A stretch of 64,000 nt of DNA from Kiritimatiellia bacterium (GCA_045627605.1 JAZQOA010000086.1:15281-79280), one strand, 5' to 3'. Shown: positions 1 through 9,947, counted from the stretch's first letter. The notes: generated by a model from the sequence alone, not told the origin. Numbers and translations are program-made.

Positions 1-1
1 C

Positions 2-1438
2 TGCGCGTCGATTTTCCCCGAAAACGCATCCGTCGGCCTCTTCGACAGAATCCCCTTTTCCGCGGCTTCGAACTTCGTCTGCCGCGTGACCACGACCAAC
101 ACCGCGCCACTCGACGTCCAGCTCGTCTGGATCGACTACCCGGCGACCGCAGGCGCAGGAAAAACGCTCGTCAACGACCTCGATCTCGTCGTCTCGCGCA
201 CCGGGCCGGACGGCGGCGACGCCCTTCTTTTCCACGGCAATGGCGGGGACGCGCCGGACAATCTCAACACCGTCGAATCCGTCAGGCTCGCGGACGCCCC
301 TCCCGGCGAATACACGATCACGGTGGATTGCCGCAAGACCATCCACGACTCGTCTGAAGGCGGCGCCGCGGCACTTTACGTCCGCGGAGCCTTCCGCGAC
401 GGCGAAGCCGCCGGCGGTCTGGAGGAGATTCCGCACTTCACCGTTGTCGTCTCCAACGACTTCAGCGGCCTCACGCAGACCTCCCACGCCCCGGGAACAT
501 ACGAATTCGAAGAGGGCGAAACCGCGACCTTCTCGGCAGACACCTACGCCTACGACGTCAATGCCTATGGAACGCGCACGGCTTGCCACTGGCTTTCAGG
601 CTGGACAGGCGACGGCGACATCCCCGCGGGCGGCACGGCGACATCCGTGACCTTCAGGGTCACGCAGGACAGCTCCCTCACCTGGCACTGGAACAAGGAA
701 CCGGACGAATACCTGCTCACGGTTTTCGTCGAAACCCCGGTTGATTTTCTCTACAATGGTTACTTCCCGGCCGGCTACAGCTATTATATCAGAAGCGGCG
801 CAATCCTCGACTTCGTGCTCCCTCGCGACTCCCCCTGGGGAGACCCGCAGAAGTACGCCGCCATGTACTTCAACGAGAACGTGCGGCGCTATGTAAACGG
901 GATATTCACCTTCCGCCTGGCAGGTGCCTGGCAAAGCGAGGCCGATGCTTTCGACGGCCCCTACTTCCTCAACCCGGACGGCACAATGGCCATGGAGTTC
1001 CAGGTGGCAATGACGAACGCCACCGACATCATCATCGACTACTACCCGGAAAACCAGACCTACAACGGGCTGCCCGCCTGGTGGTACGTCAAGTACCTCT
1101 ACGCCCCAACCGTCCTCGGAATGGCCTCGGGGGCCGCCGATGCCGACGACGACGGCGACGGCACCACCAACCAGAAGGAATACATGGCGGACACCAACCC
1201 AATGGATCCGAAGTCCGTCTTCAAAATCGAGGCGTTCACACCGAAGGGGATTTCCTGGAGCGGCGGACGCGAACGGCGGCAAGTCGTCGAATACGCAACG
1301 GAACTTTCACCCGGCGCGGTCTGGACGCCGATCTACACCAATCCGCCGCCCACTCCGGCCGAAAACTTCATTCCCCTGCCCCCGTCCGACGGTCCCGTGC
1401 GCTACTACCGGGTCCGGGCCATCGTGTCCGAAAAGTAA
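2..1438 (+). CDS. C-terminal part of a large secreted protein (subtilase-type post-catalytic region plus an acidic thrombospondin-type-3-like repeat). The 5' end lies outside the window.
   Basis: The frame is open from position 2, with no stop upstream of the GTG at 86. LVWIDYPATAGAGKTLVNDLDLVV resembles the region after the S8 peptidase catalytic domain. An acidic repeat DADDDGDGTTNQKEYMADTNPMDPKS lies near the C-terminus. Stop at 1436-1438. Confidence 0.5.
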   Translation, partial: CASIFPENASVGLFDRIPFSAASNFVCRVTTTNTAPLDVQLVWIDYPATAGAGKTLVNDLDLVVSRTGPDGGDALLFHGNGGDAPDNLNTVESVRLADAPPGEYTITVDCRKTIHDSSEGGAAALYVRGAFRDGEAAGGLEEIPHFTVVVSNDFSGLTQTSHAPGTYEFEEGETATFSADTYAYDVNAYGTRTACHWLSGWTGDGDIPAGGTATSVTFRVTQDSSLTWHWNKEPDEYLLTVFVETPVDFLYNGYFPAGYSYYIRSGAILDFVLPRDSPWGDPQKYAAMYFNENVRRYVNGIFTFRLAGAWQSEADAFDGPYFLNPDGTMAMEFQVAMTNATDIIIDYYPENQTYNGLPAWWYVKYLYAPTVLGMASGAADADDDGDGTTNQKEYMADTNPMDPKSVFKIEAFTPKGISWSGGRERRQVVEYATELSPGAVWTPIYTNPPPTPAENFIPLPPSDGPVRYYRVRAIVSEK

Positions 1439-1446
1439 TCTCCCTT

Positions 1447-3879
1447 CTAAAACCCCACGGCCTTGCGCGGGGTCTCGGCGTCGCCAACAGGGGCGAGCTT
1501 GAGTTTCGCCGACGCTTCGTCGCGCAAGGCGGCGAGGCGAACCGCGTTGCCCGCCTCCCCCGTGTAGTAGAGGCGCTGGCGGACGGTGCGGAAATCGCCG
1601 GGCGCGAGCATCTTGATCTTGTCAAGTTCCCGCGCCTCGTCCTCGGTGAGCGCCGTCTTGAAGTAGCGCTCGAAGAAAAGGCGTTTGCCTTCGTCCGTGA
1701 GGTAGCCGAACTCCACCTTGAAGGTGAAGCGGCGCAACACCGCCTGGTCAAGCGAGGCCGTGAAATTGGTCGCGCAAACGAGGACGCCCTTGAAATTCTC
1801 CATGCGCTGGAGGATTTCGTTGACTTGCGTGACCTCCCACGAATGCCGGGCGTCGCCTCTTGACCTGAGGAAACTGTCGACCTCGTCGAGAAAGAGGATT
1901 TCGCCCATGTCCTCCGCGCATTCGAAGGCGGAGCGGATATTGGCCTCGGTCGCGCCGACGTATTTCGAGACGAGGTCCGAGACCGAAAGCGCGCGCACCT
2001 TGCGGCCGAGCTTCTCGCCGAGGAACTTCACGAACTCCGTCTTGCCGCAGCCGGCGGGGCCGCTGAGAAGGATGTTCATGCGCGGCGCGTCGACGCCGTC
2101 ATCCGCCTTGTCGTCGTCGCTCTCGCCGCCCAGGCGTTCGAGGTGTTTCGAGCAGGCGCCGATAATGCTTTCAAGCCCCGTGGAGGACTTGATGTTGAGA
2201 CCGTCGAGGATGTAGCCGCGCGAAACGGTTGAATCCCCATCCTCGCCGCAGGCAAGCCCCATGAGCTTCGCGTGGTTTTCGAGGAGGGCCGCCATCGTCT
2301 TGAATGGTTCAGCCGCCTTCCCGGCGTCGAGCATTGCCTTGAAATTCTCGGAGCAACGCGAAATTGCGCCGGCGCTCACCGCGTACTTCGCGGCAAAGTC
2401 CGAGATTTCGGCGTCCGTGAAGACGCCTTCGAGCTTGTGGAGCTTGATGTTGTTGCACCAGATTTTCTCACGCTCGGCCTTGCCAATGGGCTTGAAGCCC
2501 ATGGCGAAGTCGAATCGGCGGCGCGTGGAGCGCGACAGTTCCTCTGCCGGGAGGTTGGTGATGAAAAACATCGTGCTCTTCGCGCGGTCCAGCACGTTGT
2601 TCAGCATGTTGGAGGAGCCGTAGGCGAGCAATTCGTCCGCCTCGTCCACCACGACGAGGTATTTCGCGGGGTCTGCGAAACGGCGGTTGCAGATCGCGAT
2701 GTTGCCGAACCGCCCCTCGGGTTTTGAGGAGCGTCCCCCGTTGCCGGCTTTGGCGTCGATCGGGACGATGACCTCCTGCAGCCCGAGGCGGCGCGCGACC
2801 GCATGGGACAGCGAGGTCTTGCCCGCCCCCGGCACGCCATGGAGGAGCACGTTGACGCCCCTGTGCGCCCCCTGGGCCTCGATCAGCGCGCAGAGTTGGT
2901 CGGTCTCCTCGCGAATCTTCTTCGAGAAATATTCCATGGGGAGGACATCGCCCTCGTAGAAGTGGAAGAAGAGATCGCCGATGGGCCGGGAGAAAAGCCC
3001 CCCGATGAAGCCCCTGACGCGCTCGTCGATCTCCATGTCGTAGTCGACGAACCCGTAGGTGGCGAGAAGGGAGTCTTCACACACCTCGGCGCGGATGGCG
3101 GATGGCGAGACGTCCAGGGCCGATGCCATAAAATCAAGATAGATGCTCTTGTTGATGTTGCTGTGGATCGGCGGGGTGTCGAGATAGTCAATCCATTGGC
3201 ACTCGCCTCCCTCCACGAGGTAGGAAAAGACGAGAATGTCTATCTGCAGGGGGCTGAGTTTGACGAATTTCGCCAACTGGCGGATGTTCCTGAGGGTGCT
3301 GTCGCCGCGACGCGACGCCGCCAAAGTCGAAAGTTCACGCCCGATGCGGTCGGCCATCGACTCCCTGAACCCGTCCAGGTCGCTGGTGTTGGACCAGATT
3401 GCCGCGAGGACGTCCGCCACATCCCTGGTTTCGTCCTGGAAAAGGGTCGCGGTTCCTTCGTCAAGGTCGAAACACAGCTGTTTGCATTCCTTTTTGCGCG
3501 GATGCCGGGGGTCGGAATCGAAGAAGAAGTCCTCTACGTCCTCGTCACTGGGCGCCCGACGCACGCCGCGCGAGTGGGGGGTGACGGATTTCTTGTCGAA
3601 ATAGGGACAGGGCTTTCCACCTTCAGGCGCGAGGCCGTGGCCATCGAGACCGTCGGCCTTGAAAGCCGGGGCGCAAACCTCCTCGGCCTCCCCGACGTCC
3701 TTGAGTATTTTTGCGAAATCCTTGAACAGGTGAATGCCAACTTCGTTTTGGTCGGCGTCAAGCACGTAGTTGCGCATGAATTCAAGGTTCTTCCGCTTCA
3801 AGTAGGCTGAAGCACCCTTGTTCGATGCGCTTTTTGCGCGGGTATGGCGACGGTATCTGCTGACTGGACGGGGTATCAT
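1447..3879 (-). CDS. AAA+ ATPase with two AAA modules and an N-terminal region of about 330 aa with no recognisable family
   Basis: Module 1 has Walker A GVPGAGKTS and Walker B LVVVDEADE. Module 2 has Walker A GPAGCGKTE, Walker B ILFLDEVDS and the sensor/Arg region ATNFTASLDQAVLRRF. The ORF opens with TTG at 3909; the first ATG is at 3879 and another is at 3777, so the start is uncertain. Confidence 0.75.
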   Translation of the reverse strand: MIPRPVSRYRRHTRAKSASNKGASAYLKRKNLEFMRNYVLDADQNEVGIHLFKDFAKILKDVGEAEEVCAPAFKADGLDGHGLAPEGGKPCPYFDKKSVTPHSRGVRRAPSDEDVEDFFFDSDPRHPRKKECKQLCFDLDEGTATLFQDETRDVADVLAAIWSNTSDLDGFRESMADRIGRELSTLAASRRGDSTLRNIRQLAKFVKLSPLQIDILVFSYLVEGGECQWIDYLDTPPIHSNINKSIYLDFMASALDVSPSAIRAEVCEDSLLATYGFVDYDMEIDERVRGFIGGLFSRPIGDLFFHFYEGDVLPMEYFSKKIREETDQLCALIEAQGAHRGVNVLLHGVPGAGKTSLSHAVARRLGLQEVIVPIDAKAGNGGRSSKPEGRFGNIAICNRRFADPAKYLVVVDEADELLAYGSSNMLNNVLDRAKSTMFFITNLPAEELSRSTRRRFDFAMGFKPIGKAEREKIWCNNIKLHKLEGVFTDAEISDFAAKYAVSAGAISRCSENFKAMLDAGKAAEPFKTMAALLENHAKLMGLACGEDGDSTVSRGYILDGLNIKSSTGLESIIGACSKHLERLGGESDDDKADDGVDAPRMNILLSGPAGCGKTEFVKFLGEKLGRKVRALSVSDLVSKYVGATEANIRSAFECAEDMGEILFLDEVDSFLRSRGDARHSWEVTQVNEILQRMENFKGVLVCATNFTASLDQAVLRRFTFKVEFGYLTDEGKRLFFERYFKTALTEDEARELDKIKMLAPGDFRTVRQRLYYTGEAGNAVRLAALRDEASAKLKLAPVGDAETPRKAVGF

Positions 3880-4083
3880 AGTTGTTTTTCTCCTTTGAAG
3901 TGATATCAACTGCCGGCGAACACCGGTCTTTCCTAACGGCTGTAATGATACCGGGTTTTTGAAAAAAGGAAAGCCGCCGGGGAACCGGCGCGACCTGCGT
4001 CATCCCAACGCCATCGTCCCCGTCCCCGGCGACGGCAACGCAGATTCACGGACGCCGCTTTGAATATGTTATAATAATAGGTT

Positions 4084-4674
4084 ATGAAAAAGGAAATTTT
4101 AAGCATTGCCGGCGCAGCGCTCGCGGCAGTTGTCTTCTCCGGTTGCGAGACGATGTACTCGGGCAACGGCTTCAACCAGCGCAAGGCCCAGCGCGACCAG
4201 GCCGTCATCCAGCAGGAGATGGAGCGGCGCCAGGTACAGCAAGACGCGCAGTCCGCCCGTCTGGCCGCGCAGTCCGCGGAATCGCGGCTCGACCAGATCG
4301 ACATGCGCGTGGATCGGCTTGAGGATGCATCGCGGGCGACATCGTGGGCGACGATTTCAGACGTCGAGGCCCTTCGCCGCGAAAACCAGGAGCTTCGCGC
4401 GGCGCTTGCCGATGCCCGCGCCGAGCACGAACGCCTCCGTTCCGAGATCATCGGCAACGTGCAGGGCCTCCTCAAGGAGCAGCAGAAGCGCAACACCCCG
4501 CCCCCCGCCCCGCAGCCCAAGCCGCAGACCGGCTACGAGCACAAGGTGGAGTCTGGGCAGACGCTTTCCGCGATCGCGCAGGCCTACGGCGTCTCGGTCC
4601 AGAAGATCAAGGACGCCAACGGGCTCAAGAACGACGTGATCCGCGTTGGCCAGACGCTTTTCATCCCCGATTGA
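4084..4674 (+). CDS. LysM-domain lipoprotein with a central coiled-coil
   Basis: Lipoprotein signal [22 protein letters not shown]-terminal LysM motif [45 protein letters not shown]. Confidence 0.8.
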   Translation: MKKEILSIAGAALAAVVFSGCETMYSGNGFNQRKAQRDQAVIQQEMERRQVQQDAQSARLAAQSAESRLDQIDMRVDRLEDASRATSWATISDVEALRRENQELRAALADARAEHERLRSEIIGNVQGLLKEQQKRNTPPPAPQPKPQTGYEHKVESGQTLSAIAQAYGVSVQKIKDANGLKNDVIRVGQTLFIPD

Positions 4675-4678
4675 GAAA

Positions 4679-4692
4679 CGGGGGCGCCCCCG
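4679..4692 (+). terminator. GC palindrome (CGGGGGCGCCCCCG) just after the LysM gene stop; a weak candidate terminator or attenuator
   Basis: Perfect 14-nt palindrome followed only by CCTTTGG, a short T tract. It lies in the 54-nt gap before metX. Confidence 0.25.
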
Positions 4693-4728
4693 CCTTTGGC
4701 GGCGGCAGTTTGACGACCAGGGACGACC

Positions 4729-6558
4729 ATGGCGAAGAAACGGAATTACATTGGAAAGACCGTCGGGGTCGTTGAGCCGAAGACAATGCGGCTCGACCTT
4801 CCCGAAGGCGGCTTCAAACTCGAACGAGGCGGCACGCTGCCGGAAATCACGGTAGCCTACGAGATGTGCGGTCTTATCCGCGAGGAGATGGACAACGTCG
4901 TCTTCGTCTGCCACGCCCTGACGGGCGACGCGCACGTCGCCGGCATCGTCCCCGGGCAGGATGAGCCCAGCGGCTGGTGGGAGGGCATGGTCGGTTCCGG
5001 GCGCGGCATCGACACCGACAAGTACTGCGTCGTCTGCGCCAACATCCTCGGCGGCTGCCGAGGGACGACGGGGCCAAGCTCGATCAATCCCGCGACGGGA
5101 AAGCCCTACGGATCGGCCTTCCCCGAAATTACAATCCGCGACATCGTCAAAGTCCACCGCATGCTCCTCAAGCAGCTCGGGGTGGAAAAAGTTTTCGCGG
5201 CCATCGGCGGCAGTTTCGGCGGCATGCAGGTCCTCGACTGGGCCGTCGAGGAACCGGACTCCCTTGAAAACGCGCTCGTCATCGCCTCCGCACCGGCCCT
5301 CAGCACCCAGGCCCTGGCCTTCGACATCATCGGCCGACGCGCCATCACGCGCGACCCGTCGTGGCAGCACGGCGACTACTACGCCTCCGAAACCGCCCCC
5401 GACGGCGGCCTTGGCCAAGCCCGCCGCATCGCCCACATCACCTACCTTTCCGACGAACTCATGACCGACAAGTTCGGCCGCGAACGCCGTCCGGAATGGC
5501 TCGCCGCCGGCGAGGATTTCCTCGCCCGGGCGAAGCGCGACTTCCGCACCACCTTCCAGATCGAGAGCTACCTCGACCACCAGGCGCAGACCTTCGTGCG
5601 GCGCTTCGACGCCAACTCCTACCTTCACATCACGCGCGCGATGGACGAATTCGACCTCGCCGAGCGCCACTCGTCGCTCAAGCAGGCCTTTTCGCGGATT
5701 ACGGCCAAGGTGATGTTCGCCTCGCTTTCGGGCGACTGGCTCTTCACGCCCGAACAATCAGAGGCCATGGCGGGCACCATGCTCGAGCTCGGCAAACCCG
5801 TCACCTACTTCAACCTCGAGGCCCCCGCAGGCCACGACGCCTTCCTCACCCACATCGACCAGCTCCTGCCGGCGATCAGCGCCTTCCTCGCCAACGGCAG
5901 GCCCTGCGAACGCCCGGCCGACGAGCTCGAACCGGCCAAGGAAAAAGCCTACGCCGCGATCACGGACATGGTCGAGCCCGGCTCGCGCGTCCTTGACATC
6001 GGCTGCGCCAGGGGCCGGCTCCTCCGCATCCTGCGCGAAAAGAAAAACGCCTCCGGCATCGGCCTCGACATCGCCTTCGCGCCCGCACTTGAAGCCCTCG
6101 GTCGCGGAAACAACGTGATTCTCGACGATTTGCGCGCCGGTTCGGGGGCCGACGACGCCGAAAACTTCTTCCTCATCCCCGACGACTCCTTCGACACCGT
6201 CGTCCTCAGCGAAACGCTGCAGGTCATGAAGCGTCCGCTCAAAGTGCTGCAGGAAGGACTGCGCATCGCGAAAAGCGTTATCGTCACCTTCCCCAATTTC
6301 GGCTACCTGACGACGCGCGCGCAGCTTTTCTTCTCCGGCCACATGCCCGTCGACGAGCATTTGCCGAGCGAGTGGTACGACACCGCCAACATCCACCTCT
6401 TCACGCTCCAGGACTTCATCAACCTCTGCGCGAAAAACAACATCGCCATCCGCAAGGTCGTCCCCAACTCCGAGTCGCCGCTTGGCCGCCTTCTCATCAA
6501 GATGGGCCACCCCAACCTCGGCGCCGAGCACCTCATCGTCAAAGTCGAAAGAATGTAG
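4729..6558 (+). CDS. metX: Homoserine O-acetyltransferase (MetX) fused to the methionine biosynthesis protein MetW
   Basis: The N-terminal ~380 aa carry MetX features (LERGGTLPEITVAYEMCG, VFVCHALTGDAHVAG, GGSFGGMQVLDWA). The C-terminal ~200 aa carry MetW features (VLDIGCARGRLL, SFDTVVLSETLQV, VTFPNFGYLTTRAQLFFSGHMPV, WYDTANIHLFTLQDF). It is a single uninterrupted 609-aa ORF. Confidence 0.85.
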   Translation: MAKKRNYIGKTVGVVEPKTMRLDLPEGGFKLERGGTLPEITVAYEMCGLIREEMDNVVFVCHALTGDAHVAGIVPGQDEPSGWWEGMVGSGRGIDTDKYCVVCANILGGCRGTTGPSSINPATGKPYGSAFPEITIRDIVKVHRMLLKQLGVEKVFAAIGGSFGGMQVLDWAVEEPDSLENALVIASAPALSTQALAFDIIGRRAITRDPSWQHGDYYASETAPDGGLGQARRIAHITYLSDELMTDKFGRERRPEWLAAGEDFLARAKRDFRTTFQIESYLDHQAQTFVRRFDANSYLHITRAMDEFDLAERHSSLKQAFSRITAKVMFASLSGDWLFTPEQSEAMAGTMLELGKPVTYFNLEAPAGHDAFLTHIDQLLPAISAFLANGRPCERPADELEPAKEKAYAAITDMVEPGSRVLDIGCARGRLLRILREKKNASGIGLDIAFAPALEALGRGNNVILDDLRAGSGADDAENFFLIPDDSFDTVVLSETLQVMKRPLKVLQEGLRIAKSVIVTFPNFGYLTTRAQLFFSGHMPVDEHLPSEWYDTANIHLFTLQDFINLCAKNNIAIRKVVPNSESPLGRLLIKMGHPNLGAEHLIVKVERM

Positions 6559-6580
6559 CGTCCGCGACGCCCCTACGCCA

Positions 6581-7465
6581 ATGGAAAAATGGATTGAAAA
6601 GCGCCTCGACGCCCTCGTGAGGGAACTTTCCCCGTGCAGGGACTGCCCCGTGGCCAACACCGTCAGGTTCATGAACCTCCCCGGGCAGCGCGCCATCGTC
6701 GAAACCCTCGAGCAATTCATCTCGATTCTCTTCCCCGGCTGCCATGGCACGGGCCCCGTCGACGACACGGGCGGCGAACACGCGGCAACCAGCGGCAACA
6801 TCGCCGCGGCCGCCTTGCGCCTCGCCGACCAGGCCGCGCGCGCCTTCGCCTACTACGACTGCCGGAAAACCTCGTGCGACCTCTGCCGCGAATGCAAAGC
6901 CAAGGCCGAGGAGGCGGTCGGCAAATTGCTCGACGCACTCCCCGAAGTCCGCAAGACGCTCGAGGAGGACATCCTCGCCGCCTACGAAGGCGACCCCGCC
7001 GCCAAGTCCACGATGGAAATCGTGATGAGCTACCCGGGGCTTCTCGCAATCACCATCCACCGCATCGCGCACGAACTCTATGCCGCCGGACTGCCGCTGA
7101 TCCCGCGCGTGATGAGCGAATACGCCCACTCGAAAACCGGGATCGACATCCACCCCGGCGCGACCATCGGCCCCGGCTTCTTCATCGACCACGGGACAGG
7201 CGTAGTCATCGGTGAAACCTGCACGATCGGCCGGCACGTCAAGCTCTACCAGGGCGTCACACTCGGCGCGCGGTCCTTCGCGAAGAATCCCGACGGCACC
7301 TTGGTCAAGGGCCTCAAGCGCCACCCTGACGTCGAGGACGACGTCGTCATCTACGCGGGCGCCACGGTGCTGGGCGGCGAAACCGTCATCGGCAGGGGCT
7401 CGGTCATCGGCGCCAGCGTTTGGGTCACCTCCTCCGTTCCGCCCGGTTCGCGTGTGCTGAAATAG
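6581..7465 (+). CDS. cysE: Serine O-acetyltransferase
   Basis: Hexapeptide-repeat core HRIAHELYAAGLPLIPRVMSEYAHSKTGIDIHPGATIGPGFFIDHGTGVVIGETCTIGRHVKLYQGVTLGA. The start is taken at the first ATG after the metX-metW stop (6581) rather than the ORF-track start at 6482, which overlaps metW. Confidence 0.85.
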   Translation: MEKWIEKRLDALVRELSPCRDCPVANTVRFMNLPGQRAIVETLEQFISILFPGCHGTGPVDDTGGEHAATSGNIAAAALRLADQAARAFAYYDCRKTSCDLCRECKAKAEEAVGKLLDALPEVRKTLEEDILAAYEGDPAAKSTMEIVMSYPGLLAITIHRIAHELYAAGLPLIPRVMSEYAHSKTGIDIHPGATIGPGFFIDHGTGVVIGETCTIGRHVKLYQGVTLGARSFAKNPDGTLVKGLKRHPDVEDDVVIYAGATVLGGETVIGRGSVIGASVWVTSSVPPGSRVLK

Positions 7466-7778
7466 TCCGCCTCGACGATGTACGGGATGACTGGTGCTGG
7501 GATGCCGCCGGAAGCAGTCTCCTGCTAAAGGCCCCGCTCGTTTCGACAAGCGCGATGTGGCTTGTGGAGTGCGATTTGGAATAATCGCCATTCCGGGCGG
7601 CGGGGATGAATCTCGCCGGCATTTGACGAATGCCCTAACAAATGTTACATTTACGCGTGAAACCAATTGTGAAATCAATTTCGGTTTCAAGGCGGTTGAA
7701 CATAGGTTATTAATGTTGCGCACAAAGAAAGCCAATTATGTGCTTATAACGGGAATCATAGACTTTCCCGCCCGACTC

Positions 7779-9422
7779 TCACATCGCAAGAAGCATTTGC
7801 TCCATACGCGGCATTTTAACAGTTCCCGCTTTCGCCAAAATTCGCTCGACTTCGGAATCCACACGATCTTGGTCTTTCGAAAAATAAAGATCAGAGAGTA
7901 CGGCGACATCGGATTCCGCCAGGCTACTCAAAAATGGAATGTGCACATTGCGCAAATTCTGCGCCTGGTAGCGGATGCTCCCGCCGCGCATCTGGACGGA
8001 CACCCGGCGGATCTGATCGGTCACGAACCGGCTTCGCATGATGACGCACAATGCTCGCATATTCCAAGTTTCCGATGTAATCCAATACACGTTGTGGTGA
8101 GGATAGTATCGTCCATCTTCATCCAACGCAACATTGCCACCTTGCTGGATGTCCGGCAGCAGAAGCTTGGGCGTTGACAATACAGAATAACTTATCCGGT
8201 CAAGCGTCCTATACCATGCGTTCGGATGTTGCCGTGCGCAGTATCGGGATTTAAGCCGGTCGGCGTGGCCGTTCAGGTACGACGCGACTTTTGGATAGGC
8301 GTCCAAATCAAGCAATGCAGTATCGTCAGCGGGATCGTAAGGATTGAGGATATAGCGGTCTCGCCACCTGATGGAGCCTTCTTGAATGTCGGTTGCGGCA
8401 ACAAGAGGCAAAAGGCAGCGGCGTTCCACATCGGCCACCTTCTGCACATCGACGAAGATGTCGTCGGCTCCTGACGCCACGCCTATGCCAATCCGGGTTC
8501 CCGGGGCGGACTGCTCGATTGTCGGATAGGACATCTGCACCTCCATCGCCGAGTCCCGTTCGGCGGCATCCGTTGTCAGCCAAGGCCCCCCATCGACATA
8601 CCAATTGGCAAAATGGCTCAAACGACTTGACTTAGAATCCGAGCGAATGGAGCGAAGGATGTCCGGCGAGGCTTCGGCTATTGTTGTCGCAAGGGTCTCG
8701 TTTCCCCGCCGCCTGTCGATGACAATGACAGCCGGATAAGCTGAAACATCCTCGACAAACGGCTGCGCATGTTCCATGTTCAGGTAAAGGACAACATGAA
8801 AGCCATTGGCTATGAATGAACGGAGGCGGCGGCCATAGCTGCTTTTCGCGAAACGATTCGAACAGATGAAGGAAAACACCCCCGATGGTGAAAGCAGGGA
8901 CAACGACCGCTCGACAAACGGCACATAGATATCGCAACGCTCGGAAAAGGTCACGTAACGGCGGCGGTATTCGGCCTGTTTGGCTTCGGCAATCTCGTCA
9001 AATCGGATATAAGGGGGATTGCCGACAACGACATCGAAATCCGCGGTAAACTCATGCAACAGGAAATCGCCGCAAAAAAACCATTTGTCAACAAGCCGTT
9101 CCGCAATGTCCGATGGACATTCCGCACTCAGCAGCAGACTTCTGACAGCGCACCTTGTCGTTTCAATGTTCTTTTCGGAAATGTCGCACGCCAAAAGGAA
9201 ATGGTCAAGCTCGGGTTTGTTCCAATCTGGTTTCTCGGCAATCAACTTCCCGACAACCGGAACGACAAACGCCCCTTCGCCGCAGCTTGGTTCCAGCACT
9301 CGCTTGCCGCTCCATTTGCGAAAACGCCCTGCAAGCTCAATTTCACGTAGCATGTGCGCGACAACCTCCGGGCGCGTAAACACCTCACCCGTTGCCTGAG
9401 CTTGTTTTTCCCGCTTTCTCAT
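7779..9422 (-). CDS. N6-adenine DNA methyltransferase (gamma-class, Eco57I/TaqI-like type II)
   Basis: AdoMet motif VLEPSCGEGAF and catalytic motif VVGNPPYIRF. The internal ATG at 9422 gives MRKREKQAQATGEVFTRPEVV and forms an ATGA overlap with the stop of the upstream endonuclease ORF. The region is visibly more AT-rich than its flanks. Confidence 0.8.
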   Translation of the reverse strand: MRKREKQAQATGEVFTRPEVVAHMLREIELAGRFRKWSGKRVLEPSCGEGAFVVPVVGKLIAEKPDWNKPELDHFLLACDISEKNIETTRCAVRSLLLSAECPSDIAERLVDKWFFCGDFLLHEFTADFDVVVGNPPYIRFDEIAEAKQAEYRRRYVTFSERCDIYVPFVERSLSLLSPSGVFSFICSNRFAKSSYGRRLRSFIANGFHVVLYLNMEHAQPFVEDVSAYPAVIVIDRRRGNETLATTIAEASPDILRSIRSDSKSSRLSHFANWYVDGGPWLTTDAAERDSAMEVQMSYPTIEQSAPGTRIGIGVASGADDIFVDVQKVADVERRCLLPLVAATDIQEGSIRWRDRYILNPYDPADDTALLDLDAYPKVASYLNGHADRLKSRYCARQHPNAWYRTLDRISYSVLSTPKLLLPDIQQGGNVALDEDGRYYPHHNVYWITSETWNMRALCVIMRSRFVTDQIRRVSVQMRGGSIRYQAQNLRNVHIPFLSSLAESDVAVLSDLYFSKDQDRVDSEVERILAKAGTVKMPRMEQMLLAM

Positions 9423-9916
9423 GCCCTTGCCTTCAAATGGAGATAAAGCGATTTTAGAAATGCGTATGCCGTCACATTCGGTCCACCATCCCTGATTGTT
9501 TGACCATCCTTTCCGGACACAAGCAAGGCCGTGGCATTGTAATCGCGTTCCAGCATCAGCCGCTCGCACAATATCTCGTAACGACGAAGATAGCTCGACT
9601 GCTCAAAAACCGGCAATGGGGGCAGCGTACTCTTTTGCAAGGCAACAGACCTGGTTGAGGATTCCGAATCTTCAAGGAAAAAGAAGTAGCCAAGCCAAGG
9701 CGACTCGGAAACGCCAAAAGCGCGTTCGCGATACGCCAACCAAAAATCGCGCGACACGCCCACAACCTCTTCCGAGCGATTGTTGAAATTGTTGCCAAAA
9801 CTTCCGCTTTGCGATTTCAGTTCAATGGCGGCGACAAGTTTTCCGTCGCGCAAGAATACCATGCGACGCCATCGCTGACGTCTCACGCAAGTCATCCGAC
9901 AAATCCCACGTAACAT
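9419..9916 (-). CDS. PD-(D/E)XK type II restriction endonuclease-like ORF (XhoI/PaeR7I-like from my recollection of the motif). It is short and possibly 5'-truncated.
   Basis: Motif DGKLVAAIELKSQSGSFGNNFNNRSEEVVGVSRDFW carries a D-x8-E-x-K core. At most ~165 aa fit between the cysK stop (9948) and 9419. The 278-aa ORF-track version only extends by running antisense-frame through cysK. The stop overlaps the methyltransferase ATG. Confidence 0.45.
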   Translation of the reverse strand: MLRGICRMTCVRRQRWRRMVFLRDGKLVAAIELKSQSGSFGNNFNNRSEEVVGVSRDFWLAYRERAFGVSESPWLGYFFFLEDSESSTRSVALQKSTLPPLPVFEQSSYLRRYEILCERLMLERDYNATALLVSGKDGQTIRDGGPNVTAYAFLKSLYLHLKARA

Positions 9917-9947
9917 TCCCCGCAATCCGCCGTCACCCTGCGGGGCA

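Noticed and set aside
4675-4728. Possible SAM/methionine riboswitch upstream of metX-metW
   Set aside because: The intergenic gap is only 54 nt, too short for a SAM-I/II-type aptamer plus expression platform. Only a GC palindrome is present.
5782-6712. Test for CTCGAG avoidance as evidence of an active XhoI/PaeR7I-like enzyme
   Set aside because: CTCGAG occurs freely (for example 5782-5787 and 6707-6712). Because the enzyme's specificity is unknown, this neither supports nor refutes activity.
7494-8177. 227-aa plus-strand ORF in the R-M region
   Set aside because: It is antisense to the methyltransferase gene, which carries the NPPY and FxGxG-type motifs. It has no motifs of its own.
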